From contig OZ024745.1 of the NCBI GenBank assembly GCA_964016885.1, positions 29,140,001 to 29,204,000 on the forward strand: 64,000 nt of DNA, given 5' to 3'. The notes beneath the pieces are model-generated. The model did no database searches and had not been told where the DNA came from. It saw nothing but the letters and a program-made list of their open reading frames with translations. This document shows positions 16,501 through 30,600 of the stretch, one piece after another (the stretch's first letter is position 1; every line of letters starts with the position of its first letter). The DNA is from Eledone cirrhosa. Taxonomy: Eukaryota. The translations under genes were made by a program, and so were the position numbers.

Positions 16501-19500
16501 CTTCTATATAAACTATAGTAACTTCTATATAAACTATAGTAACTTCTATATAAACTATAGTAACATCTATATAAACTATAGTAACTTCTTTATAAACTAT
16601 GGTAACTTCTATATAAACTATGCTCACTTCTATATAAACTATAGTAACTTCTATATAAACTATGGTAACTTCTATATAAACTATAGTAACTTCTATATAA
16701 ACTATAGTAACTGCTATATAAACTATAGTAACTGCTATATAAACTATAGTAACTTCTATATAAACTATAGTAACTTCTTTATAAACTATGGTAACTTCTA
16801 TATAAACTATAGTAACTTCTATATAAGCTATAGTAACTTCTATATAAACTATGCTAACTTCTATATAAACTATGCTAACTTCTATATAAACTATAGGAAC
16901 TTCTATATAAACTATAGTAACATCTATATAAACTATGCTAACTTCTATATAAACTATGCTAACTTCTATATAAACTATGGTAACTTCTATATAAACTATG
17001 CTAACTTCTATATAAACTATGGTAACTTCTATATAAACTATGCTAACTTCTATATAAACTATAGTAACTTCTATATAAACTATAGTAACTACTATATAAA
17101 CTATAGTAACTTCTATATAAACTACAGTAACTTCTATATAAACTATGCTAACTGCTATATAAACTATAGTAACTGCTATATAAACTATAGTAGCTGCTAT
17201 ATAAACTATGGTTACTTCTATATAAACTATAGTAACTGCTATATATACTATAGTAACTTCTATATAAATTATGCTAACTGCTATATAAACTATAGTAACT
17301 GCTATATAAACTATAGTAACTTCTATATAAACTATAGTAACTGCAAGATAAACTATAGTAAGTGCTATATAAACTATAGTAACTTCTATATAAACTATAG
17401 TAACTTCTATATAAACTATAGTAACTGCTATATAAACTATAGTAACTGCTATATAAACTATAGTAACTTCTATATAAACTATAGTAACTTCTATATAAAC
17501 TATGCTAACTTCTATATAAACTATGGTAACTTCTATATAAACTATGCTAACTTCTATATAAACTATAGTAACATCTATATAAACTATAGTAACTGCTATA
17601 TAAATTATGGTAACTTCTATATAAACGATGGTAACTTCTATATAAACTATGCTAACTTCTATATAAACTATAGTAACTGCTATATAAACTATAGTAACTG
17701 CTATATAAACTATAGTAACTTTTATATAAACTATGCTAACTTCTATATAAACTATAGTAACTGCTATATAAACTATAGTAACTGCTATATAAACTATAGT
17801 AACTGCTATATAAACTATGGTAACTTCTATATAAACTATGCTAAGTTCTATATAAACTATAGTAACATCTATATAAACTATAGTAACTGCTATATAAACT
17901 ATGGTAACTTCTATATAAACTATAGTAACTTCTATATAAACTATAGTAACTTCTATATAAATTATAGTAACTTCTATATAAACTATAGTAACTTCTATAT
18001 AAACTATAGTAACATCTATATAAACTATAGTAACTTCTATATAAACTATGGTAACTTCTATATAAACTATGCTCACTTCTATATAAACTATAGTAACTTC
18101 TATATAAACTATGGTAACTTCTATATAAACTATAGTAACTTCTATATAAACTATGGTAACTTCTATATAAACTATGCTAACTGCTATATAAACTATAGTA
18201 ACTGCTATATAAACTATAGTAACTTCTATATAAACTATAGTAACTTCTATATAAACTATGCTCACTTCTATATAAACTATAGTAACTTCTATATAAACTA
18301 TGGTAACTTCTATATAAACTATAGTAACTTCTATATAAACTATAGTAACTTCTATATAAACTATAGTAACTTCTATATAAACTCGGGTAACTTCTATATA
18401 AACTATGCTAACTGCTATATAAACTATAGTAACTGCTATATAAACTATAGTAACTTCTATATAAACTATAGTAACTTCTATATAAACTATAGTAACTTCT
18501 ATATAAATTATAGTAACTTCTATATAAACTATAGTAACTTCTATATAAACTATAGTAACATCTATATAAACTATAGTAACTTCTATATAAACTATGGTAA
18601 CTTCTATATAAACTATGCTCACTTCTATATAAACTATAGTAACTTCTATATAAACTATGGTAACTTCTATATAAACTCTAGTAACTTCTATATAAACTAT
18701 GGTAACTTCTATATAAACTATGCTAACTGCTATATAAACTATAGTAACTGCTATATAAACTATAGTAACTTCTATATAAACTATAGTAACTTCTATATAA
18801 ACTATGCTCACTTCTATATAAACTATAGTAACTTCTATATAAACTATGGTAACTTCTATATAAACTATAGTAACTTCTATATAAACTATAGTAACTTCTA
18901 TATAAACTATAGTAACTTCTATATAAACTAGGGTAACTTCTATATAAACTATGCTAACTGCTCTATAAACTATAGTAACTGCTATATAAACTATAGTAAC
19001 TTCTATATAAACTATAGTAACTTCTATATAAACTATGCTAACTTCTATATAAACTATGGTAACTTCTATATAAACTATGCTAACTTCTATATAAACTATA
19101 GTAACATCTATATAAACTATAGTAACTTCTATATAAACTATGGTAACTGCAATATAAACTATGGTAACATCTATATAAACTATGCTAACTTCTATATAAA
19201 CTAAAGTAACATCTATATAAACTTTAGTAACTTCTATATAAACTATAGTAACATCTATATAAACTATAGTGACTGCTATATAAACTATGGTAACTGCAAT
19301 ATAAACTATACTAACTTCTATATAAACTATAGTAGCTTCTATATAAACTATAGTAACTTCTATATAAACTATAGTAACTGCTATATAAACTATGGTAACA
19401 TCTATATAAACTATGCTAATTTCTATATAAGCTAAAGTAACATCTATATAAACTTTAGAAACTTCTATATAAACTATAGTAACATCTATATAAACTATAG

Positions 19501-22500
19501 TAACTGTTATATAAACTATGCTAACTTCTATATAAACTATAGTAACATCTATATAAACTATAGTAACTGCTATATAAACTATAGTAACTTCTATATAAAC
19601 TATAGTAACTTGTATATAAACTATGCTAACTTCTATATAAACTATAGTAACTTCTATATAAACTATAGTAACTGCTATATAAACTATGGTAACTTCTATA
19701 TAAACTATGCTAACTTCTATATAAACTATAGTAACTTCTATATAAACTATAGTAACATCTATATAAACTATAGTAACTTCTATATAAACTATGGTAACTT
19801 CTATATAAACTATGGTAACTTCTATATAAACTATAGTAACATCTATATAAACTATAGTAACTTCTATATAAACTATGGTAACTTCTATATAAACTATAGT
19901 AACATCTATATAAACTATAGTAACTGTTATATAAACTATGCTAACTTCTATATAAACTATAGTAACATCTATATAAACTATAGTAACTTCTATATAAACT
20001 ATAGTAACTTCTATATAAAGTATAGTAACTGCTATATAAACTATAGTAAGTTCTATATAAACTATAGTAACTTCTATATAAACTATAGTAACTTCTATAT
20101 AAACTATAGTAACTTCTATATAAACTATAGTAACTTCTATATAAACTATAGTAACATCTATATAAACTATAGTAACTTCTATATAAACTATGGTAACTTC
20201 TATATAAACTATGCTCACTTCTATATAAACTATAGTAACTTCTATATAAACTATGGTAACTTCTATATAAACTATAGTAACTTCTATATAAACTATAGTA
20301 ACTGCTATATAAACTATAGTAACTGCTATATAAACTATAGTAACTTCTATATAAACTATAGTAACTTCTTTATAAACTATGGTAACTTCTATATAAACTA
20401 TGCTAACTTCTATATAAACTATGCTAACTTCTATATAAACTATAGGAACTTCTATATAAACTATAGTAACATCTATATAAACTATGCTAACTTCTATATA
20501 AACTATGCTAACTTCTATATAAACTATGCTAACTTCTATATAAACTATAGGAACTTCTATATAAACTATAGTAACATCTATATAAACTATGCTAACTTCT
20601 ATATAAACTATGCTAACTTCTATATAAACTATGCTAACTTCTATATAAACTATAGAAACTTCTATATAAACTATAGTAACATCTATATAAACTATAGTAA
20701 CTTCTATATAAACTATGCTAACTTCTATATAAACTATGCTAACTTCTATATAAACTATGGTAACTTCTATATAAACTATAGTAACTTCTTTATAAACTAT
20801 GGTAACTTCTATATAAACTATAGTAACTGCTATATAAACTATGCTAACTTCTATATAAACTATAGTAACTTCTATATAAACTATAGTAACTTCTATATAA
20901 ACTATAGTAACTTCTTTATAAACTATGGTAACTTCTATATAAACTATAGTAACTGCTATATAAACTATGCTAACTTCTATATAAACTATAGTAACTTCTA
21001 TATAAACTATAGTAACTACTATATAAACTATAGTAACTTCTATATAAACTACAGTAACTTCTATATAAACTATGCTAATTGCTATATAAACTATAGTAAC
21101 TGCTATATAAACTATAGTAGCTGCTATATAAACTATAGTAACTTCTATATAAACTATAGTAACTGCTATATATACTATAGTAACTTCTATATAAACTATG
21201 CTAACTGCTATATAAACTATAGTAACTGCTATATAAACTATAGTAACTTCTATATAAACTATAGTAACTGCAAGATAAACTATAGTAAGTGCTATATAAA
21301 CTATAGTAACTGCTATATAAACTATAGTAACTTCTATATAAACTATAGTAACTTCTATATAAACTATGCTAACTTCTATATAAACTATAGTAACTTCTAT
21401 ATAAACTATAGTAACTGCTATATAAACTATGGTAACTTCTATATAAACTATGCTAACTTCTATATAAACTATAGTAAGTTCTATATAAACTATAGTAACT
21501 TCTATATAAACTATAGTAACTTCTATATAAACTATAGTAACTTCTATATAAACTATAGTAACTTCTATATAAACTATAGTAACATCTATATAAACTATAG
21601 TAACTTCTTTATAAACTATGGTAACTTCTATATAAACTATGCTCACTTCTATATAAACTATAGTAACTTCTATATAAACTATGGTAACTTCTATATAAAC
21701 TATAGTAACTTCTATATAAACTATAGTAACTGCTATATAAACTATAGTAACTGCTATATAAACTATAGTAACTTCTATATAAACTATAGTAACTTCTTTA
21801 TAAACTATGGTAACTTCTATATAAACTATAGTAACTTCTATATAAGCTATAGTAACTTCTATATAAACTATGGTAACTTCTATATAAACTATGCTAACTT
21901 CTATATAAACTATGCTAACTTCTATATAAACTATAGGAACTTCTATATAAACTATAGTAACATCTATATAAACTATGCTAACTTCTATATAAACTATGCT
22001 AACTTCTATATAAACTATGGTAACTTCTATATAAACTATGCTAACTTCTATATAAACTATGGTAACTTCTATATAAACTATGCTAACTTCTATATAAACT
22101 ATAGTAACTTCTATATAAACTATAGTAACTACTATATAAACTATAGTAACTTCTATATAAACTATGCTAACTGCTATATAAACTATAGTAACTGCTATAT
22201 AAACTATAGTAGCTGCTATATAAACTATGGTTACTTCTATATAAACTATAGTAACTGCTATATATACTATAGTAACTTCTATATAAATTATGCTAACTGC
22301 TATATAAACTATAGTAACTGCTATATAAACTATAGTAACTTCTATATAAACTATAGTAACTGCAAGATAAACTATAGTAAGTGCTATATAAACTATAGTA
22401 ACTTCTATATAAACTATAGTAACTTCTATATAAACTATAGTAACTGCTATATAAACTATAGTAACTGCTATATAAACTATAGTAACTTCTATATAAACTA

Positions 22501-23520
22501 TAGTAACTTCTATATAAACTATGCTAACTTCTATATAAACTATGGTAACTTCTATATAAACTATGCTAACTTCTATATAAACTATAGTAACATCTATATA
22601 AACTATAGTAACTGCTATATAAATTATGGTAACTTCTATATAAACGATGGTAACTTCTATATAAACTATGCTAACTTCTATATAAACTATAGTAACTGCT
22701 ATATAAACTATAGTAACTGCTATATAAACTATAGTAACTTTTATATAAACTATGCTAACTTCTATATAAACTATAGTAACTGCTATATAAACTATAGTAA
22801 CTGCTATATAAACTATAGTAACTGCTATATAAACTATGGTAACTTCTATATAAACTATGCTAAGTTCTATATAAACTATAGTAACATCTATATAAACTAT
22901 AGTAACTGCTATATAAACTATGGTAACTTCTATATAAACTATAGTAACTTCTATATAAACTATAGTAACTTCTATATAAATTATAGTAACTTCTATATAA
23001 ACTATAGTAACTTCTATATAAACTATAGTAACATCTATATAAACTATAGTAACTTCTATATAAACTATGGTAACTTCTATATAAACTATGCTCACTTCTA
23101 TATAAACTATAGTAACTTCTATATAAACTATGGTAACTTCTATATAAACTATAGTAACTTCTATATAAACTATGGTAACTTCTATATAAACTATGCTAAC
23201 TGCTATATAAACTATAGTAACTGCTATATAAACTATAGTAACTTCTATATAAACTATAGTAACTTCTATATAAACTATGCTCACTTCTATATAAACTATA
23301 GTAACTTCTATATAAACTATGGTAACTTCTATATAAACTATAGTAACTTCTATATAAACTATAGTAACTTCTATATAAACTATAGTAACTTCTATATAAA
23401 CTCGGGTAACTTCTATATAAACTATGCTAACTGCTATATAAACTATAGTAACTGCTATATAAACTATAGTAACTTCTATATAAACTATAGTAACTTCTAT
23501 ATAAACTATGCTAACTTCTA
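13600..23520. repeat. Higher-order tandem duplication within the satellite, period 4,893-5,019 bp (233-239 monomers), 2 copies
   Basis: TTGTATATA at 14717/19610 and the GTGAC variant (substituted G at 14378/19271), both +4,893; CAAGATAAAC at 16252/21271 and 17344/22363, and ACTCGGGTAA at 18381/23400, all +5,019. The second copy has 6 extra monomers near 20.9 kb. Boundaries are approximate. Confidence 0.88.
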
Positions 23521-26379
23521 TATAAACTATGGTAACTTATATATAAACTATGCTAACTTCTATATAAACTATAGTAACATCTATATAAACTATAGTAACT
23601 TCTATATAAACTATGGTAACTGCAATATAAACTATGGTAACATCTATATAAACTATGCTAACTTCTATATAAACTAAAGTAACATCTATATAAACTTTAG
23701 TAACTTCTATATAAACTATAGTAACATCTATATAAACTATAGTAACTGCTATATAAACTATGGTATCTGCAATATAAACTATACTAACTTCTATATAAAC
23801 TATAGTAGCTTCTATATAAACTATAGTAACTTCTATATAAACTATAGTAACTGCTATATAAACTATGGTAACATCTATATAAACTATGCTAACTTCTATA
23901 TAAGCTAATGTAACATCTATATAAACTTTAGAAACTTCTATATAAACTATAGTAACATCTATATAAACTATAGTAACTGTTATATAAACTATGCTAACTT
24001 CTATATAAACTATAGTAACATCTATATAAACTATAGTAACTGCTATATAAACTATAGTAACTTCTATATAAACTATAGTAACTTCTATGTAAACTATGCT
24101 AACTTCTATATAAACTATAGTAACTTCTATATAAACTATAGTAACTGCTATATAAACTATGGTAACTTCTATATAAACTATGCTAACTTCTATATAAACT
24201 ATAGTAACTTCTATATAAACTATAGTAACATCTATATAAACTATAGTAACTTCTATATAAACTATGGTAACTTCTATATAAACTATAGTAAGTTCTATAT
24301 AAACTATAGTAACTTCTATATAAACTATAGTAACTTCTATATAAACTATAGTAACTTCTATATAAACTATAGTAACTTTTATATAAACTATAGTAACATC
24401 TATATAAACTATAGTAACTTCTATATAAACTATGGTAACTTCTATATAAACTATGCTCACTTCTATATAAACTATAGTAACTTCTATATAAACTATGGTA
24501 ACTTCTATATAAACTATAGTAACTTCTATATAAACTATAGTAACTGCTATATAAACTATAGTAACTGCTATATAAACTATAGTAACTTCTATATAAACTA
24601 TAGTAACTTCTTTATAAACTATGGTAACTTCTATATAAACTATAGTAACTCCTATATAAGCTATAGTAACTTCTATATAAACTATGGTAACTTCTATATA
24701 AACTATGCTAACTTCTATATAAACTATGCTAACTTCTATATAAACTATAGTAACTCCTATATAAGCGATAGTAACTTCTATATAAACTATGGTAACTTCT
24801 ATATAAACTATGCTAACTTCTATATAAACTATGCTAACTTCTATATAAACTATGCTAACTTCTATATAAACTATAGTAACTACTATATAAACTATAGTAA
24901 CTTCTATATAAACTACAGTAACTTCTATATAAACTATGCTAACTGCTATATAAACTATAGTAACTGCTATATAAACTATAGTAGCTGCTATATAAACTAT
25001 AGTAACTTCTATATAAACTATAGTAACTGCTATATATACTATAGTAACTTCTATATAAACTATGCTAACTGCTATATAAACTATAGTAACTGCTATATAA
25101 ACTATAGTAACTTCTATATAAACTATAGTAACTGCAAGATAAACTATAGTAAGTGCTATATAAACTATAGTAACTTCTATATAAACTATAGTAACTTCTA
25201 TATAAACTATAGTAACTTCTATATAAACTATAGTAACTTCTATATAAACTATGCTAACTTCTATATAAACTATGGTAACTTCTATATAAACTATGCTAAC
25301 TTCTATATAAACTATAGTAACATCTATATAAACTATAGTAACTGCTATATAAATTATGGTAACTTCTATATAAACGATGGTAACTTCTATATAAACTATG
25401 CTAAGTTCTATATAAACTATAGTAACATCTATATAAACTATAGTAACTGCTATATAAACTATAGTAACTTCTATATAAACTATAGTAACTTCTATATAAT
25501 CTATAGTAACATCTATATAAACTATAGTAACTTCTATATAAACTATGGTAACTTCTATATAAACTATAGTAACTTCTATATAAACTATAGTAACTTCTAT
25601 ATAAATTATAGTAACTTCTATATAAACTATAGTAACATCTATATAAACTATAGTAACTTCTATATAAACTATGGTAACTTCTACATAAACTATGCTCACT
25701 TCTATATAAACTATAGTAACTTCTATATAACCTATGGTAACTTCTATATAAACTATAGTAACTTCTATATAAACTATGGTAACTTCTATATAAACTATGC
25801 TAACTGCTATATAAACTATAGTAACTGCTATATAAACTATAGTAACTTCTATATAAACTATAGTAACTTCTATATAAACTATAGTAACTTCTATATAAAC
25901 TATGCTCACTTCTATATAAACTATAGTAACTTCTATATAAACTATGGTAACTTCTATATAAACTATAGTAACTTCTATATAAACTATAGTAACTTCTATA
26001 TAAACTATAGTAACTTCTATATAAACTAGGGTAACTTCTATATAAACTATAGTAACTGCTATATAAACTATAGTAACTGCTATATAAACTATAGTAACTT
26101 CTATATAAACTATAGTAACTTCTATATAAACTATGCTAACTTCTATATAAACTATGGTAACTTCTATATAAACTATGCTAACTTCTATATAAACTATAGT
26201 AACATCTATATAAACTATAGTAACTGCTATATAAATTATGGTAACTTCTATATAAACGATGGTAACTTCTATATAAACTATGCTAACTTCTATATAAACT
26301 ATAGTAACTGCTATATAAACTATAGTAACTGCTATATAAACTATAGTAACTTCTATATAAACTATAGTAACTTCTATAT

Positions 26380-29300
26380 AAACTATAGTAACTTCTATAT
26401 AAACTATAGTAACTTCTAAAGAAACTATAGTAACATCTATATAAACTATAGTAACTTCTATATAAACTATGGTAACTTCTATATAAACTATGCTCACTTT
26501 TATATAAACTATAGTAACTTCTATATAAACTATGGTAACTTCTATATAAACTATAGTAACTTCTATATAAACTATAGTAACTGCTATATAAACTATAGTA
26601 ACTTCTATATACACTATGCTAACTGCTATATATACTATAGTAATTGCTATATAAACTATAGTAACTTCTATATAAACTATAGTAACTTCTATATAAACTA
26701 TAGTAACTTCTATATAAGCTATAGTAACTTCTATATAAACTATAGTAACTGCTATAGACACTATGCTAACTGCTATATAAACTATAGTAACTTCTATATA
26801 AACTATGGTAACTTCTATATAAACTATGCTAACTTCTATATAAACTATAGGAACTTCTATATAAACTATAGTAACTTCTATATAAAGTATAGTAACTTCT
26901 ATATAAACTATGGTAACTTCTATATAAACTATAGTAACTTCTATATAAAATATAGTAACATCTATATGAACTATAATAACTGCTATATAAACTATAGTAA
27001 CTGCTATATAAACTATTGTAACATCTATATAAACTATAGTAACTTCTATATAAACTATAGTAACATCTATATAAACTATAGTAACTGCTATATAAACTAT
27101 GCTAACTGCTATATAAACTATAGTAACATCTATATAAACTATAGTAACTTCTATATAAACTATGCTAACTTCTATATAAACTATGCTAACTTCTATATAA
27201 ACTATAGGAACTTCTATATAAACTATAGTAACTTCTATATAAACTATAGTAACTTCTATATAAACTATAGTAACTACTATATAAACTATAGTAACTTCTA
27301 TATAAACTACAGTAACTTCTATATAAACTATGCTAACTGCTATATAAACTATAGTAACTGCTATATAAACTATAGTAGCTGCTATATAAACTATAGTAAC
27401 TTCTATATAAACTATAGTAACTGCTATATATACTATAGTAACTTCTATATAAACTATGCTAACTGCTATATAAACTATAGTAACTGCTATATAAACTATA
27501 GTAACTGCTATATAAACTATAGTAACTTCTATATAAACTATAGTAACTGCAAGATAAACTATAGTAAGTGCTATATAAACTATAGTAACTTCTATATAAA
27601 CTATAGTAACTTCTATATAAACTATAGTAACTGCTATATAAACTATAGTAACTGCTATATAAACTATCGTAACTTCTATATAAACTATAGTAACATTTAT
27701 ATAAACTATAGTAACTGCTATATAAATTATGGTAACTTCTATATAAACGATGGTAACTTCTATATAAACTATGCTAACTTCTATATAAACTATAGTAACT
27801 GCTATATAAACTATAGTAACTGCTATATAAACTATAGTAACTTCTATATAAACTATAGTAACTTCTATATAAACTATAGTAACTGCTATATAAACTATAG
27901 TAACTTCTATATAAACTATAGTAACTGCTATATAAACTATGGTAACTTCTATATAAACTATGCTAACTTCTATATAAACTATAGTAACTGCTATATAAAC
28001 TATAGTAACTGCTATATAAACTATAGTAACTGCTATATAAACTATAGTAACTTCTATATCAACTATAGTAACTTCTATATAAACTATAGTAACTTCTATA
28101 TACACTACAGTAACTTCTATATAAACTATAGTAACTTCTATATAAACTATGGTAACTTCTATATAAACTATGCTAACTTCTATATAAACTATAGTAACTT
28201 CTAGATAAACTATGGTAACTTCTATATACACTATAGTAACTTCTATATAAACTATAGTAACTGCTATATAAACTATAGTAACTTCTATATAAACTATGCT
28301 AAATTCTATATAAACTATGCTAACTTCTATATAAACTATAGTAACTTCTATATAAACTATAGTAACATCTATATAAACTATAGTAACTTCTATATAAACT
28401 ATGCTAACATCTATATAAACTATGGTAACTTCTATATAAACTATAGTAACGTCTATATAAACTATAGTAACTGCTATATAAACTATAGTAACTGCTATAT
28501 AAACTATAGTAACTTCTATATAAACTATAGTAACTTCTAAAGAAACTATAGTAACATCTATATAAACTATAGTAACTTCTATATAAACTATGGTAACTTC
28601 TATATAAACTATGCTCACTTTTATATAAACTATAGTAACTTCTATATAAACTATGGTAACTTCTATATAAACTATAGTAACTTCTATATAAACTATAGTA
28701 ACTGCTATATAAACTGTAGTAACTTCTATATACACTATGCTAACTGCTATATATACTATAGTAATTGCTATATAAACTATAGTAACTTCTATATAAACTA
28801 TAGTAACTTCTATATAAACTATAGTAACTTCTATATAAGCTATAGTAACTTCTATATAAACTATAGTAACTGCTATAGACACTATGCTAACTGCTATATA
28901 AACTATAGTAACTTCTATATAAACTATGGTAACTTCTATATAAACTATGCTAACTTCTATATAAACTATAGGAACTTCTATATAAACTATAGTAACTTCT
29001 ATATAAAGTATAGTAACTTCTATATAAACTATGGTAACTTCTATATAAACTATAGTAACTTCTATATAAAATATAGTAACATCTATATGAACTATAATAA
29101 CTGCTATATAAACTATAGTAACTGCTATATAAACTATTGTAACATCTATATAAACTATAGTAACTTCTATATAAACTATAGTAACATCTATATAAACTAT
29201 AGTAACTGCTATATAAACTATGCTAACTGCTATATAAACTATAGTAACATCTATATAAACTATAGTAACTTCTATATAAACTATGCTAACTTCTATATAA

Positions 29301-30600
29301 ACTATGCTAACTTCTATATAAACTATAGGAACTTCTATATAAACTATAGTAACTTCTATATAAACTATAGTAACTTCTATATAAACTATAGTAACTACTA
29401 TATAAACTATAGTAACTTCTATATAAACTACAGTAACTTCTATATAAACTATGCTAACTGCTATATAAACTATAGTAACTGCTATATAAACTATAGTAGC
29501 TGCTATATAAACTATAGTAACTTCTATATAAACTATAGTAACTGCTATATATACTATAGTAACTTCTATATAAACTATGCTAACTGCTATATAAACTATA
29601 GTAACTGCTATATAAACTATAGTAACTGCTATATAAACTATAGTAACTTCTATATAAACTATAGTAACTGCAAGATAAACTATAGTAAGTGCTATATAAA
29701 CTATAGTAACTTCTATATAAACTATAGTAACTTCTATATAAACTATAGTAACTGCTATATAAACTATAGTAACTGCTATATAAACTATCGTAACTTCTAT
29801 ATAAACTATAGTAACATTTATATAAACTATAGTAACTGCTATATAAATTATGGTAACTTCTATATAAACGATGGTAACTTCTATATAAACTATGCTAACT
29901 TCTATATAAACTATAGTAACTGCTATATAAACTATAGTAACTGCTATATAAACTATAGTAACTTCTATATAAACTATAGTAACTTCTATATAAACTATAG
30001 TAACTGCTATATAAACTATAGTAACTTCTATATAAACTATAGTAACTGCTATATAAACTATGGTAACTTCTATATAAACTATGCTAACTTCTATATAAAC
30101 TATAGTAACTGCTATATAAACTATAGTAACTGCTATATAAACTATAGTAACTGCTATATAAACTATAGTAACTTCTATATCAACTATAGTAACTTCTATA
30201 TAAACTATAGTAACTTCTATATACACTACAGTAACTTCTATATAAACTATAGTAACTTCTATATAAACTATGGTAACTTCTATATAAACTATGCTAACTT
30301 CTATATAAACTATAGTAACTTCTAGATAAACTATGGTAACTTCTATATACACTATAGTAACTTCTATATAAACTATAGTAACTGCTATATAAACTATAGT
30401 AACTTCTATATAAACTATGCTAAATTCTATATAAACTATGCTAACTTCTATATAAACTATAGTAACTTCTATATAAACTATAGTAACATCTATATAAACT
30501 ATAGTAACTTCTATATAAACTATGCTAACATCTATATAAACTATGGTAACTTCTATATAAACTATAGTAACGTCTATATAAACTATAGTAACTGCTATAT
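26380..30600. repeat. Higher-order tandem duplication within the satellite, period 2,121 bp (101 monomers), 2 copies
   Basis: Identical 412-aa pseudo-ORFs at 26966 and 29087; CAAGATAAAC at 27550/29671; TTCTAAAGAAAC and TCTAGATAAAC variants are both duplicated. Confidence 0.92.
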
